Source: an uncultured Gammaproteobacteria bacterium
GTDB lineage: Bacteria; Pseudomonadota; Gammaproteobacteria; CAWCPV01
Direction: 5' to 3'
Assembly: GCA_963797555.1 (NCBI GenBank)
Contig: CAWCPV010000002.1
Location: forward strand, 64,001-128,000
Length of the DNA: 64,000 nt
The notes below the pieces were generated by a model. That model saw only the letters and a program-made list of their open reading frames with translations. It made no database searches and had not been told where the DNA came from. The position numbers were made by a program, and so were the translations under genes. Below are positions 1 through 12,293 of the stretch, piece by piece (the stretch's first letter is position 1; each line of letters opens with the position of its first letter).

Positions 1-2
1 AC

Positions 3-1211
3 TATCGGCTGCGCGACTGGGGCATCTCGCGTCAGCGGTACTGGGGCGCACCCATCCCCATCATCTATTGCGATTCCTGCGGCGCCGTGCCGGTGCCGGA
101 CGAAGACCTGCCGATAGTGCTGCCGGAGGACGTGGTCTTCGAGGGCGTGGCCTCTCCCCTCAGGAACATGTCCGGGTTCTTGCGCACCCGCTGCCCACAG
201 TGCGCCGGCACCGCGGAGCGGGAGACCGATACGTTCGACACTTTCGTGGAGTCCTCCTGGTACTACGCTCGCTACTGCTGCCCGGACCAGGACCGGGCCA
301 TGCTGGACCGGCGCGTAGACTACTGGCTGCCCGTCGACCAGTACATCGGGGGTATCGAGCACGCCGTCCTGCACTTGCTCTACGCCCGGTTCTTCCATAA
401 GGTGATGCGCGACATCGGGCTGGTGCCGGCAGACGAGCCCTTTGCTCGGCTCCTCACCCAGGGGATGGTGCTGAAGGACGGGGTGAAGATGTCGAAGTCC
501 CGGGGCAACACCGTGGACCCCGAGTCCCTGGTGCAGGAATACGGCGCCGACACGGTACGCCTGTTCACCATGTTCGCGGCCCCCCCGGATCAGTCTTTAG
601 AATGGTCCGAAGCCGGAGTCGAGGGCTCCTACCGCTTTCTGCGGCGCCTTTGGCAGTTGGTCGTCGAGCACGCTGCGGGGGGGTCTGCTCCCCGCCTGCA
701 CGCGGAGACGCTCGATGCGGATCAGCGGGCGCTGCGGCGCAAGCTGCATGAGACCATCGGCAAGGTGAGCGACGACTTCGAGCGCCGCTTCACCTTCAAC
801 ACGGCCATCGCGGCCGTCATGGAGCTAGTCAATGCGGCGAGCCGCAGCGACGACCGATCGGATCAGGGCAGGGCGTTGCGCCACGAGATCCTCGAGGCGA
901 TGGTGCTCATGCTCTCACCCATCGTCCCGCATCTCTGCCATGCACTTTGGCGAGAGCTGGGACATGATGGTCCGGTGGTCGACGTGGGCTGGCCTCGTCC
1001 GGACCCTGCGGCCCTGGAACGGGATGTCATGGATCTGGTCGTGCAGGTGAACGGCAAGCTGCGGGCGCACATCACGCTGCCCGTCGACGCCGACCAAGCG
1101 GCGATCGAGGCGACCGCCCTGGCCGATGAGAACGTTCGGCGATTCACCGGGGGCCGCGCCATCCGGCGGGTCATCCACGTACCCCGCAAGCTGGTGAACA
1201 TCGTCCTATGA
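3..1211 (+). CDS. leuS: Leucine--tRNA ligase, C-terminal part (begins before window)
   Basis: Open frame from nt 3 ([15 protein letters not shown]), [23 protein letters not shown] motif, VQVNGKLR. Confidence 0.98.
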   Translation, partial: YRLRDWGISRQRYWGAPIPIIYCDSCGAVPVPDEDLPIVLPEDVVFEGVASPLRNMSGFLRTRCPQCAGTAERETDTFDTFVESSWYYARYCCPDQDRAMLDRRVDYWLPVDQYIGGIEHAVLHLLYARFFHKVMRDIGLVPADEPFARLLTQGMVLKDGVKMSKSRGNTVDPESLVQEYGADTVRLFTMFAAPPDQSLEWSEAGVEGSYRFLRRLWQLVVEHAAGGSAPRLHAETLDADQRALRRKLHETIGKVSDDFERRFTFNTAIAAVMELVNAASRSDDRSDQGRALRHEILEAMVLMLSPIVPHLCHALWRELGHDGPVVDVGWPRPDPAALERDVMDLVVQVNGKLRAHITLPVDADQAAIEATALADENVRRFTGGRAIRRVIHVPRKLVNIVL

Positions 1212-1705
1212 TGTGCCGCCGCGCCCACTGCGTGGGAGTGGTCCTCCTGCTGGTCGCGCTCGGCGGCTGCGGCTTCCAGCTACGCGGCAGCGCGGGAAAA
1301 CTGGCCCCGGATCTGTCGCCGGTTTACCTCCAAGGACCGGATCTTTACGGCCCCTTCATGTCTCAGGTACGTAGCGGCCTGCGCGCCGCCAGTGCCGTGC
1401 TGGCAGACCAGGCGCAGCAGGCTCGGACCATACTGCAGGTGTTCAGCGCAGACTACCGTCGGCGTCAGCTCTCGGTCAGCGGCACCGGAAGCGTCCGGGA
1501 AGACCAGCTCACATTCATCGTGGAGTTCGAGGTGCGCACGCCGAAAGGGACGGTGGTACGCCCGCGGCAACGTATCATGGTCCAGCGTGACTACACCTAC
1601 AGCGTGACCGCGGCTTTGAGCCTGTCGGACGAGGAGAGCTTGCTGCAACGGGACATGTATCGGGACGCCGCGCAACAGTTGCTGTGGCGTCTGGAGCTGG
1701 GGTGA
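1208..1705 (+). CDS. lptE: LPS assembly lipoprotein LptE
   Basis: Lipobox LGGC followed by GFQLRG; conserved position between leuS and holA. Confidence 0.93.
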   Translation: MMCRRAHCVGVVLLLVALGGCGFQLRGSAGKLAPDLSPVYLQGPDLYGPFMSQVRSGLRAASAVLADQAQQARTILQVFSADYRRRQLSVSGTGSVREDQLTFIVEFEVRTPKGTVVRPRQRIMVQRDYTYSVTAALSLSDEESLLQRDMYRDAAQQLLWRLELG

Positions 1706-1706
1706 C

Positions 1707-2735
1707 GTGCGACTGCCCGCGGAGCGCCTGGCGGACCACCTGGCTCGCGGCCTGGCCCCGGCGTACCTGGTGTTTGGTGAGGAGCCCCTGTTGATCGCCG
1801 AGGCCGGTGATGCAATCCGGGCTAGCGCCCGTGAACGCGGCTACGACGAACGCCTGGTGTTCGTCGCGGACACGGGATTCGACTGGAACACGCTGAAGGT
1901 GGAGGCGTTCAGCCCGTCCCTGTTCTCGGCCAGACGACTGCTGGAGCTTCGCCTGGAAACCGCCCCCGGAGAGGCAGGGAGCCCATTTATCACCCACTAT
2001 GCCGCCCAGCCGCCCGCAGACTGCCTGCTGCTGGTGACCGCGGGCAAGCTCGACAGCCGGGCGCAGAAGACGCGGTGGTTCCAGGCATTGGAACAGGTAG
2101 CGTTGCTGGTACCCGTCCGCCCTGTGCCCGCAGCGCGGCTCCCAGACTGGATCAAGCAGCGATTGCAGGCCAAGGGTTTCCAGTCCACCCCCGAGGCCGC
2201 CTCCTTGCTCGCGGAACGGGTGGAAGGTAACCTATTGGCGGCGGCCCAGGAACTGGAGAAGCTCCGTCTGCTACACCGCAGCAACCAATTGGATGTGGAA
2301 GACGTCCTGGACGCGGTCGGTGACAGTGCCCGATACACTGTCTACGACTTGGCCGACGCGGCGCTGGATCGCGACCCGACCCGAGTCGTGCGCATTCTCC
2401 GGGGCGTGCGGGCGGAGGGGCTGGAGCCGCCACTGGTGCTATGGGCGCTGGCGCGTGAGCTGCGCGTTCTTCTGGGGCTTAGCCATGACCTGGAGTCGGG
2501 CCGCCGCTTGGAGCAAAGCCTGACGCAACGGGGCGTGCGGGAACTTCAGAAGCCCCGGGTGCGCGCGGCGTTGGCCGGACGCACCTGGTCTCACTTCCGG
2601 CGGCTGTTACAGCGCGCAGCGCGCTGCGACCGTGTCATCAAGGGGGTCGAGCCCGGCGATCCGTGGGACGAGCTGTTGGCGCTGGCCGTCGGCCTGGCGG
2701 GGCCCGAGCTACCCTCGGCGGCGGCCGTCGGCTAA
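1707..2735 (+). CDS. holA: DNA polymerase III delta subunit
   Basis: YLVFGEEPLL, SLFSARRLLEL, EGNLLAAAQELEKL; synteny. Confidence 0.96.
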   Translation: MRLPAERLADHLARGLAPAYLVFGEEPLLIAEAGDAIRASARERGYDERLVFVADTGFDWNTLKVEAFSPSLFSARRLLELRLETAPGEAGSPFITHYAAQPPADCLLLVTAGKLDSRAQKTRWFQALEQVALLVPVRPVPAARLPDWIKQRLQAKGFQSTPEAASLLAERVEGNLLAAAQELEKLRLLHRSNQLDVEDVLDAVGDSARYTVYDLADAALDRDPTRVVRILRGVRAEGLEPPLVLWALARELRVLLGLSHDLESGRRLEQSLTQRGVRELQKPRVRAALAGRTWSHFRRLLQRAARCDRVIKGVEPGDPWDELLALAVGLAGPELPSAAAVG

Positions 2736-2813
2736 GACGGTGCCGCCCCGGACGAGGGTCCCAAGCGCATATCGCAAGCGGGACCACGCGGCCCACGAAG
2801 AGGCGAGTTGAGG

Positions 2814-4094
2814 ATGCAGGTGCTGACGGAAGAGCCCACTGACATCGGACAGTACATGCACCGCATCGGGCGCCGCGCGCGTGCCGCGGCGCAGGTCCTT
2901 GCGCGCACCCCCACGGGCAGCAAGGACGCCGCACTTCTGGCTGTGGCCGAAGCTGTGGAGCGCGAGTCCGACAGCCTGATCGAGGCCAACCGCCGGGATC
3001 TCACCGCCGCCGAGAGTGCGGGCCTGGATCCTCCCGCGCTGGACCGCCTGGCGCTGACCGCGGAGCGCATCGGAGCCATGGCCGATGGACTGCGCCAGAT
3101 TGCCGCGCTTCCCGATCCGGTCGGAGAAGTGACGGACCTCAAGTATCGGCCCTCGGGCATCCAGGTGGGCCGCATGCGCGTGCCGCTCGGGGTCATCGGG
3201 ATCATCTATGAGTCGCGTCCTAATGTCACAGCCGACGCTGCGGGTCTGTGCCTCAAATCCGGAAACGCCACTATCCTACGCGGGGGCACCGAGGCCATCC
3301 ACTCCAACCAGGCCGTCGCCGCCTGCATCCACCTGGGACTTTCCAGCGCCGGTCTTCCGGAGGATGCCGTACAGGTGGTCGAAACCACGGACCGGGCCGC
3401 GGTCCGTGAGCTGGTGCGCATGCAGGAGTACGTGGACGTGATCGTTCCCCGCGGCGGCAAGGGGCTCATCGAGCACATCAGCCGCGAAGCCCTGGTCCCG
3501 GTCATCAAGCACCTGCACGGGATCTGCCATGTATACATCGATGACCGCGCCGCCCTCGACAAGGCCGTGGCCATCGCGTACAACGCCAAGACCCAACGCT
3601 ACGGAACCTGCAACACCATGGAGACCCTGTTGGTGGCGGAGGGTGTCGCGGAAACGGTTCTGCCCAGGCTCGCGCGCATGTACCGCGAGGCGGGAGTGGA
3701 GCTGCGGGGCTGCCCGCTGACTCAGGCCATCCTGCCCGATGTCGCGGCTGCCACCGACGAGGACTGGGACACCGAGTACCTGGCCCCCATCCTGTCCATC
3801 CGGGTAGTCGAGGATCTGGACGAGGCCATCCAGCACATCCGTAATCACGGGTCCCAGCACACTGACGCCATCGTCACCGAGGACTACGGGCGCGCGTGGC
3901 GCTTTCTGCGGGAGGTGGACTCCAGCTCGGTCATGGTCAACGCATCCACCCGCTTCGCCGACGGCTTCGAGTACGGTCTGGGAGCAGAGATTGGCATCTC
4001 CACCGACAAGCTCCACGCCCGCGGCCCGGTCGGGCTGGAGGGGCTGACATCCCAGAAATTCATCGTCCTGGGCGACGGCCACATCCGGAGATAA
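2814..4094 (+). CDS. proA: Gamma-glutamyl phosphate reductase
   Basis: [48 protein letters not shown]. Confidence 0.97.
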   Translation: MQVLTEEPTDIGQYMHRIGRRARAAAQVLARTPTGSKDAALLAVAEAVERESDSLIEANRRDLTAAESAGLDPPALDRLALTAERIGAMADGLRQIAALPDPVGEVTDLKYRPSGIQVGRMRVPLGVIGIIYESRPNVTADAAGLCLKSGNATILRGGTEAIHSNQAVAACIHLGLSSAGLPEDAVQVVETTDRAAVRELVRMQEYVDVIVPRGGKGLIEHISREALVPVIKHLHGICHVYIDDRAALDKAVAIAYNAKTQRYGTCNTMETLLVAEGVAETVLPRLARMYREAGVELRGCPLTQAILPDVAAATDEDWDTEYLAPILSIRVVEDLDEAIQHIRNHGSQHTDAIVTEDYGRAWRFLREVDSSSVMVNASTRFADGFEYGLGAEIGISTDKLHARGPVGLEGLTSQKFIVLGDGHIRR

Positions 4095-4778
4095 GTGCAG
4101 CCGATAGGCGTTCTCGGCGGCACCTTCGACCCCGTCCACTTCGGGCACCTGCGTTCGGCCCTCGAGGTAAGGGAGGCGCTCGGTCTCGCGCAGTTGCGCC
4201 TGATTCCCTGCCGCCTGCCGCCCCACCGTGACCCGCCCGTGGCAAGCGCCGCACAGCGGCTCGCGATGCTGGAGGCGGCCATCGCCGGAGAGCCAGGGCT
4301 GCACGTCGACCGCCGCGAGCTGGATCGCCCCCCTCCCTCCTATACGGTGGACACCCTGCGCTCGCTGCGTACCGAGTTCGGCGCCCAGGCACCGCTGTGC
4401 CTGCTCTTGGGACAGGACGCGTTCCGAGGTGTGCCGGCCTGGCACCGTTGGGAGTTGCTCATCGAGCTCGCTCATTTCATCGTTCTGGAACGGCCCCAAC
4501 CACCCGAACGTTGGCCGCCAGAGGTCGAGGCGCTGCTGGAAGGTCGCCGGGCGGCAGACCCGAAGCGGCTGGCGGAGTGCCCTGCCGGGCTCGTGCTGTG
4601 CCACCGTGTCACCCAGCTCGACATCTCCGCCACCCGCATCCGGGATCTGGTCGCCTCCGGCAGCAGTCCACGCTATCTACTCCCTGACGCCGTGTGGGCC
4701 ATGATTCTGGAGCATGGCCTGTATGCCCACAGGAGCAGCCCCGCTTTCCGAACGGCACTCCGGGGGGAGACAGGATGA
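4095..4778 (+). CDS. nadD: Nicotinate-nucleotide adenylyltransferase
   Basis: [25 protein letters not shown]. Confidence 0.96.
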   Translation: MQPIGVLGGTFDPVHFGHLRSALEVREALGLAQLRLIPCRLPPHRDPPVASAAQRLAMLEAAIAGEPGLHVDRRELDRPPPSYTVDTLRSLRTEFGAQAPLCLLLGQDAFRGVPAWHRWELLIELAHFIVLERPQPPERWPPEVEALLEGRRAADPKRLAECPAGLVLCHRVTQLDISATRIRDLVASGSSPRYLLPDAVWAMILEHGLYAHRSSPAFRTALRGETG

Positions 4779-5131
4779 CAACGGAGCAGCTGGAGGCGTT
4801 AGTCGTCGCGGCCCTCGAGGATCTGAAGGGGATCGACATCCGCGTGCTGGACGTACGTGGGCTCACTAGCATCACCGATGTCATGGTGATCGCCGGCGGC
4901 ACCTCTAGCCGTCACGTCAAGTCACTGGCGCAACACCTGGTCGAGAAGGCAGCGGAGCGGGACATCCGCCCCCTGGGAGTCGAAGGGGAACTGTACGGCG
5001 AGTGGATCCTGGTGGATCTGGGGGATGTCGTGGCACACCTCATGCTGCCCCAGATCAGGGACTTCTATAACCTGGAAAAGCTCTGGGCCGACCCCAAGGC
5101 TGCCGCACACCCCGCACCGGCCGCCCACTGA
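4775..5131 (+). CDS. rsfS: Ribosome silencing factor (Iojap family)
   Basis: [31 protein letters not shown]; ATG overlaps nadD stop. Confidence 0.95.
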   Translation: MTTEQLEALVVAALEDLKGIDIRVLDVRGLTSITDVMVIAGGTSSRHVKSLAQHLVEKAAERDIRPLGVEGELYGEWILVDLGDVVAHLMLPQIRDFYNLEKLWADPKAAAHPAPAAH

Positions 5132-5142
5132 CCGGCCGGGCA

Positions 5143-6429
5143 TCAGACTAGAAGCGGTGTCAGCACGCCCATCACGGAGTCCAGTGCGCCGCGGTTTCGG
5201 TCCACCAGCGTCCGCGCCCGCTCGCCCGCGCTGTGGCGCAGGTCGGCATCCCCCAGGTAGCGTGAAACGGCAGCCGCCAAGGTTTGGCTGTCCTCTACCA
5301 AGACCCCTGCGCCAGCCTCTAGCACCATGGCGCAGATAGACTCGAAGTTGAAAGTGTGGGGGCCGAACAGCACCGGTACTCCGAGCGCAGCGGGTTCCAC
5401 CACGTTGTGCCCTCCAACCGGGACCAGGCTCCCGCCCACGAACGCCACATCACTCGCTGCATAGAAGAGCGGCAGCTCTCCCATGCTGTCTCCCAGGAAT
5501 ATCGCCGTGCTCGGCCCGCAGGGCCGCCGCTCGCTGCGCAGGACGATAGGGTAGCCGCTGCGGCGGCAGAGGGTCCCCACACGAGAGAATCGCTCCGGGT
5601 GTCGCGGCACCAGGACCAGCAGACAGTCGGGGAACGTCTTCCTTAGCCGAGCGAAGGCATCCAGCGCCTGCTCCTCCTCGCCCTCGTGGGTACTGGCGGC
5701 CACCCACACGGGTCGGCTCACTCCCCAGTCTCTGCGCAGGACCGCCGCCTGCTCGTGCAGGCTCGCAGATAGCTTGATTTCGAACTTCACGTTCCCCGTC
5801 ACCTGGGTGACCGCCGGGTCGGCGCCCAGCCGGATGAATCGCCTCGCATCGGGCTCGGCCTGACAGGCCACAGCAGTGAGGTCGGTCAGCATTGCCCGCA
5901 CCAGGGAGCCTCCCCAGCGGTACCTTGCCGCCGATCGGGCGGAGAGTCTCGCATTGACGAGCACGACGGGGGTGTCCTGGTGCGCCGTGAAGTGGATGAG
6001 ATTCGGCCACAGCTCCGTCTCTACCAGGATAAGCAAACGCGGCCGCACCCGCCCCAGGAACCGCCGTACCGCCCCCGGTACGTCATACGGCACGTAGGAG
6101 TGCTCGACCAGACCCGACAGAGCCTGGCTCACGCGCTCCGAACCGGTTGGCGTCATGGTCGTCACCACCACCGGAAGAGCCGGAAAGCACTCCCGCAGGC
6201 GGCGGATGAGAGGGACGGCTGCCTGCACCTCCCCCACGGAAACCGCGTGCACCCAAACCGGCCGTGGACCGATGGTGCGCTGCACGCGGCCGAAACGCTC
6301 CGTCCAGCGTTGTCGGTAACCCGGGAGGCGCCGCCCCCGCCACAGCAGACGCAGCAAGGCTACGGGAAGGAGCGCATACCATACGGCCGAGTAGAGCTGG
6401 CGCAAGGGACGGGAGAGGGCAGCAGGCAT
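5143..6429 (-). CDS. waaA: Kdo transferase
   Basis: WVHAVSVGE, ETELWPN, AASTHEGEE, PRHPERF, GGSLVPVGGHN. Confidence 0.96.
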   Translation of the reverse strand: MPAALSRPLRQLYSAVWYALLPVALLRLLWRGRRLPGYRQRWTERFGRVQRTIGPRPVWVHAVSVGEVQAAVPLIRRLRECFPALPVVVTTMTPTGSERVSQALSGLVEHSYVPYDVPGAVRRFLGRVRPRLLILVETELWPNLIHFTAHQDTPVVLVNARLSARSAARYRWGGSLVRAMLTDLTAVACQAEPDARRFIRLGADPAVTQVTGNVKFEIKLSASLHEQAAVLRRDWGVSRPVWVAASTHEGEEEQALDAFARLRKTFPDCLLVLVPRHPERFSRVGTLCRRSGYPIVLRSERRPCGPSTAIFLGDSMGELPLFYAASDVAFVGGSLVPVGGHNVVEPAALGVPVLFGPHTFNFESICAMVLEAGAGVLVEDSQTLAAAVSRYLGDADLRHSAGERARTLVDRNRGALDSVMGVLTPLLV

Positions 6430-6562
6430 TCACTGGGCGAGGGCATGCTATGCCGAATGGCGCCCCCCTGTCCAGGCGCGCCTGGCCGGAGGCCGGTTTT
6501 CTGCTCCAGAGCGGCGGCTGTTAGACTAGGCTACGATTTACGGCTAAGCGGCGACGCGCCGA

Positions 6563-6985
6563 ATGAGCTTATTGCAAGTGCGCCAAATCATCGAGCTCAG
6601 CACCCAGCATCGCGAAGAGCTGGTGGATATTACCGATCAAGTGCGCGGTGCGGTAGAACGGAGCGGACTTCGCGACGGCCTGGTCAGTCTCTACGCCCAG
6701 GGCGCCACGTCTGCCATCATGATTCAGGAGAACTGGGACGCCAGCGTTCCGACCAACGTCATTCAATGCCTGCGAACGCTCGTGCCGCATGGAGTATGGT
6801 TGCACGACAGGCAAGACGACAACGGGGACGCCCACATCAAGGCGGGGTTGGTGGGTCCATCGGAGTGCATCCCGCTCATCCACGGCCGCTTAGGCATCTC
6901 CCGCTGGCAGGGCATTTTCTTCTGCGAGTTCGATGGGCCACGCTCCCGCCGGAATGTCGTATGCACCATACTTGCTGACGACTGA
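6563..6985 (+). CDS. yjbQ: UPF0047/YjbQ family protein
   Basis: QEN.D, HD...DNGDAHIK, WQGIFFCEFDGPR.R. Confidence 0.9.
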   Translation: MSLLQVRQIIELSTQHREELVDITDQVRGAVERSGLRDGLVSLYAQGATSAIMIQENWDASVPTNVIQCLRTLVPHGVWLHDRQDDNGDAHIKAGLVGPSECIPLIHGRLGISRWQGIFFCEFDGPRSRRNVVCTILADD

Positions 6986-7095
6986 TTGCTCTGCTCCTCG
7001 ACGCGCGCATCCAACACCCTTTACCGTGCGCCATTTGGTCTTGCCCGTCGTCTAACCAATGGGGCAGCCCGTCCGGCTACCTACAGGAGGCCGTC

Positions 7096-8424
<1,329 letters not shown>

Positions 8425-8524
8425 CACCACAGCCCTAGCGCCACAACATGCGCCGGAGACGGACTCGGTCACCACGCCGGTGCTGGCCGCAGAGATCGAT
8501 TCAGCCACCCTGTGGAGGCAAGCG

Positions 8525-11311
8525 ATGCAGTCACACCATGATGATCCCTTCCAGGCATTGAGTGGTCTGGACGTCTCCGGGAAACGGGTCGCCTACTACA
8601 GATTGCAGGCCCTGGAAGACGCCGGCCTGGGGGAGGTCTCACGCCTTCCGTTCAGCATCAGGGTGCTGTTGGAGGCGGCCGTCCGTCGCTTGGACGGCTT
8701 CGCGGTCACCGAAAACCACGTGCGTGCCCTGGCGGCATGGCAGCCCAAGGGCGACAGCCGGGCGGAGATACCGTTCGTGCCGGCCCGCGTCTTGCTGCAG
8801 GACTTTACCGGCGTCCCCTCCGTGGTGGATATGGCGGCCATGCGCAGCGCCATCCAGCGACTAGGGGGCGACCCGCAACGCATCAACCCTGAAGTGCCGG
8901 CGGATCTGGTCATCGACCACTCGGTACAGGTCGACGCCTTCGGCTCGGCGAACGCGATCCTGCTAAACACCCGGCGCGAATTCGAACGCAACCAGGAGCG
9001 CTACGCGTTCCTGCGCTGGGGTCAGCGGGCCCTGCACAATTTCCGGGTGGTCCCGCCGGCCAGCGGAATCGTGCACCAAGTCAACCTCGAGTATCTCGCC
9101 GCCGTCGTCCGCTTGCAGGAAATCGACGGGGGAGACCTCGCCTGCCCGGACTCGCTGGTAGGCACCGACTCCCACACCACGATGATCAACGCACTGGGCG
9201 TCCTAGGCTGGGGTGTGGGGGGCATCGAGGCAGAGGCGGTGATGTTGGGTCAGCCGCTGTACATGACCCTGCCCCAGGTCGTGGGCTTCACGCTGCATGG
9301 CCAGTTGCCGGCCGGCGCCACAGCGACGGACCTGGTACTCACCATCACGCAGCAGTTGCGAGCTCACGGCGTCGTGGGAAAGTTCGTGGAATTCTTCGGC
9401 GAGGGACTGGACCACCTCGCGCTCCCCGACCGTGCCACCATCGCGAACATGGCCCCAGAGTACGGGGCCACCACCGGGTTCTTCCCGGTGGACGAGGAGA
9501 CGCTGCGTTATCTGCGCAGCACCGGCCGCAGCGCGGCGCAGATCGAGCTGGTGGAGCGCTATTGCAAGATCCAGGGCCTGTTCCGCAACGGCGGTGAGGC
9601 GCCGCGCTACAGCGAGACCCTGGAGCTGGACATGGGAGCGGTGGAACCTTCCCTTGCGGGGCCACGGCGCCCGCAGGACCGCGTACCGCTGCGCGCTGCA
9701 AAACAAGCTTTCCTGGACGCGCTCGGTGCCGTCTACCGCAAGGCCGTTGCCCCCGAGGGCGATGCCAATCCCGTCTACACCCGTTGGCAGAACGAGGGGG
9801 GCAATGCCGAAGAGCCGGCGGACCTTCATCCGGAGCGCCACGACCTCTACCATCACCTGCGGACCCCGGTGGATCTCGATGGCTCCCCGGAAGCGCATCT
9901 CTCCCACGGGTCGGTAGTGATCGCGGCGATCACGTCCTGCACCAACACCTCTAACCCGTCGGTCATGCTGGGCGCCGGGATCGTGGCGAAAAAGGCCCGC
10001 GAGCGGGGGCTCACCGTACCCCCCTGGGTGAAGACCAGCCTCGCCCCGGGATCGCGCGTCGTGACGCGCTACTTGCAGACGTCGGGGCTATTGGGAGCCT
10101 TGGAGGCATTGGGTTTTTACGTCGTGGGCTATGGATGCACGACGTGCATCGGAAACAGCGGGCCGCTGCCGGATCCTGTCGCCCGTGCCGTGAGGGAAAA
10201 CGACCTGATCGTGGTCTCTGTCCTCTCGGGCAATCGCAACTTCGAAGGGCGCATCAACCCGCTCGTCAAGGCCAATTACTTGGCGAGCCCGCCGCTGGTC
10301 GTGGCCTACGCCCTGGCCGGCACCATGGACATCGACCTCGACCGTGAGCCGCTGGGCAAAGATGCGCAGGGGCGCCCCGTATACTTGCGCGAGCTCTGGC
10401 CGACGCTGTCAGAGATTCGGGAAGCGCTGTCCTGCGTGGACCCGGCGATGTTCACCGAGGAGTACCGGCACGTGTTCGAAGGGAGCGAGGAGTGGAATCG
10501 CATCCCGACCCTCGACGGCGCCCTGTACCCTTGGGATGCTCAGTCGACCTACATCCGCGAGCCCCCGTTCTTCGCAGACTTGGGCCCCGAAGTCCCGCCC
10601 ATCCAACCTATCCGGGGCGCACGCGCGCTCGCCCTGCTGGGCGACTCGGTCACAACCGACCACATCTCGCCGGCAGGCAACATCGCCAAAGACTCCCCCG
10701 CCGGGCGTTACCTGATGGAGCACGGGGTGCAGCCCATGGAGTTCAACTCTTACGGGGCACGCCGGGGCAACCACGAGGTCATGCTGCGTGGAACATTCGC
10801 CAACATCCGCCTGCGTAACGCCCTGGCTCCGGAAACGGAGGGAGGCTTCACCACCTACCTGCCCGAGGGTCCGGTCATGAGCATCTTCGATGCGGCGATG
10901 CGCTATCAAGCGGCAGGCACCCCACTGGTCGTATTGGCGGGCAAGGAGTACGGCACGGGCTCCAGTCGCGACTGGGCGGCGAAGGGTACTTATCTGCTGG
11001 GTGTGCGTGCTGTGATCGCGGAGAGCTTCGAGCGCATCCACCGTGCGAACTTGGTGGGGATGGGGGTGTTGCCGCTGCAGTTCGAGGTCGGCCACGGCTG
11101 GCGCGACCTCGGCCTGAGCGGTCATGAAATCTACGACATCGACCTGCCCAAAACCCTGTCAGCCCGACAGCGGGTCAGCGTGAGCGCCACCGCCCCGGGA
11201 GGCGAGGTGCGCCGCTTTCAGACCGAGGCGAGACTGGACAGCCCGGTGGAGGTACGCTATTACGAGAACGGCGGCATCCTCCATACGGTGCTGCGCGACA
11301 TGCTGCGCTGA
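8525..11311 (+). CDS. acnA: Aconitate hydratase A
   Basis: [52 protein letters not shown]; ATG at 8525 after GGAGG. Confidence 0.96.
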   Translation: MQSHHDDPFQALSGLDVSGKRVAYYRLQALEDAGLGEVSRLPFSIRVLLEAAVRRLDGFAVTENHVRALAAWQPKGDSRAEIPFVPARVLLQDFTGVPSVVDMAAMRSAIQRLGGDPQRINPEVPADLVIDHSVQVDAFGSANAILLNTRREFERNQERYAFLRWGQRALHNFRVVPPASGIVHQVNLEYLAAVVRLQEIDGGDLACPDSLVGTDSHTTMINALGVLGWGVGGIEAEAVMLGQPLYMTLPQVVGFTLHGQLPAGATATDLVLTITQQLRAHGVVGKFVEFFGEGLDHLALPDRATIANMAPEYGATTGFFPVDEETLRYLRSTGRSAAQIELVERYCKIQGLFRNGGEAPRYSETLELDMGAVEPSLAGPRRPQDRVPLRAAKQAFLDALGAVYRKAVAPEGDANPVYTRWQNEGGNAEEPADLHPERHDLYHHLRTPVDLDGSPEAHLSHGSVVIAAITSCTNTSNPSVMLGAGIVAKKARERGLTVPPWVKTSLAPGSRVVTRYLQTSGLLGALEALGFYVVGYGCTTCIGNSGPLPDPVARAVRENDLIVVSVLSGNRNFEGRINPLVKANYLASPPLVVAYALAGTMDIDLDREPLGKDAQGRPVYLRELWPTLSEIREALSCVDPAMFTEEYRHVFEGSEEWNRIPTLDGALYPWDAQSTYIREPPFFADLGPEVPPIQPIRGARALALLGDSVTTDHISPAGNIAKDSPAGRYLMEHGVQPMEFNSYGARRGNHEVMLRGTFANIRLRNALAPETEGGFTTYLPEGPVMSIFDAAMRYQAAGTPLVVLAGKEYGTGSSRDWAAKGTYLLGVRAVIAESFERIHRANLVGMGVLPLQFEVGHGWRDLGLSGHEIYDIDLPKTLSARQRVSVSATAPGGEVRRFQTEARLDSPVEVRYYENGGILHTVLRDMLR

Positions 11312-11324
11312 GAATCGCCTCTTG

Positions 11325-11465
11325 GAGCGCACGAAGAAATCGTCGCATCTGGGACGAGAGCAAGGCGCACGGAGCGCAGCGAGGAGACCTATCCAGCAGA
11401 TGGGTGAGGAGCGAGCACCGCGCCGCTATCGGGACGTACGGTAGATTTATCTATTGACAAGCTCT
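11325..11465 (+). repeat. MITE-like intergenic repeat, copy 1
   Basis: Shares GAAGAAATCGTCGC...GAGAGCAAGGCGCACGGAGCGCAGCGA...GAGGAGCGAGCACCGCG...CGCTATCGGGACG with 31938-32056 and, inverted, 52201-52344. Confidence 0.8.
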
Positions 11466-11492
11466 CAGAGTCGGCACCCCCGGGAGGACCCC

Positions 11493-12260
11493 ATGGATTC
11501 CGTGTCGGCGCCAGTTCCGCTGCTCTTGGCCGCGGCCGGCCCGACGGCGCTTGCCTTCGTCGCCGCGCTGCTGGGCTGGTCGGTCGGAGCCACGGAGGAG
11601 GATTATCAGGTCATGCGGGCACGCATGGTGCGAGAGATCTCCGAAGAGGTGGCCGAAACCGTGACCTGGACCGGCCAAGGGAAACTGGCGGAGCCGGTGC
11701 TCCAAGCCCTACGCTCGGTGCCGCGCCATGCGTTCGTGGACGAAGACGACAGGGAAGCCGCCTATGACAACCGCCCACTGCCCATCGGGTTCGGGCAGAC
11801 GATCTCGCAGCCTTTCATCGTGGCACTGATGACGGACCTGCTCAAGCCGCATCAGGGGCAGGTAGTGCTCGAGGTAGGTACCGGCTCCGGCTACCAGGCC
11901 GCCGTCCTCGCCCAGCTCGTCAAACAGGTGTACACGATCGAGGTCATCGAAGCGCTCGGACGACAGGCCAAGGAGCGACTGAGCCGGCTGGGGTACAAGA
12001 ACGTCGAGGTCCGGATTGGTGACGGCTATTACGGCTGGGAGGAGCATGCCCCGTTCGACGGCATCATCGTCACGGCCGCCGCCACCCACGTCCCCCCACC
12101 GCTCGTCCAGCAGCTCAAGCCCGGCGGCAAGATGGTCATCCCGGTGGGTGGGCCGTTCGCCACCCAGGAGCTGATGCTGGTACAGAAAGATACGCACGGG
12201 GAGATCACGACGCGCCAACTGCTGCCTGTCGCCTTCGTCCCTCTGACCGGCTCCCACTGA
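11493..12260 (+). CDS. pcm: Protein-L-isoaspartate O-methyltransferase with hydrophobic N-terminal extension
   Basis: VPRHAFV, GQTISQP, VLEVGTGSGYQAA, APFDGIIVTAA, QLKPGG. Confidence 0.92.
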   Translation: MDSVSAPVPLLLAAAGPTALAFVAALLGWSVGATEEDYQVMRARMVREISEEVAETVTWTGQGKLAEPVLQALRSVPRHAFVDEDDREAAYDNRPLPIGFGQTISQPFIVALMTDLLKPHQGQVVLEVGTGSGYQAAVLAQLVKQVYTIEVIEALGRQAKERLSRLGYKNVEVRIGDGYYGWEEHAPFDGIIVTAAATHVPPPLVQQLKPGGKMVIPVGGPFATQELMLVQKDTHGEITTRQLLPVAFVPLTGSH

Positions 12261-12293
12261 GCGCGCCAAAGCGCGTTCGTAACCAAGACTGGC

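Noticed and set aside
3276-4604. 442-aa minus-strand ORF
   Set aside because: Antisense shadow of proA/nadD in high-GC DNA; no recognisable motifs
11454-11459. Perfect TTGACA at the MITE end as an outward promoter for pcm
   Set aside because: No -10 hexamer at suitable spacing
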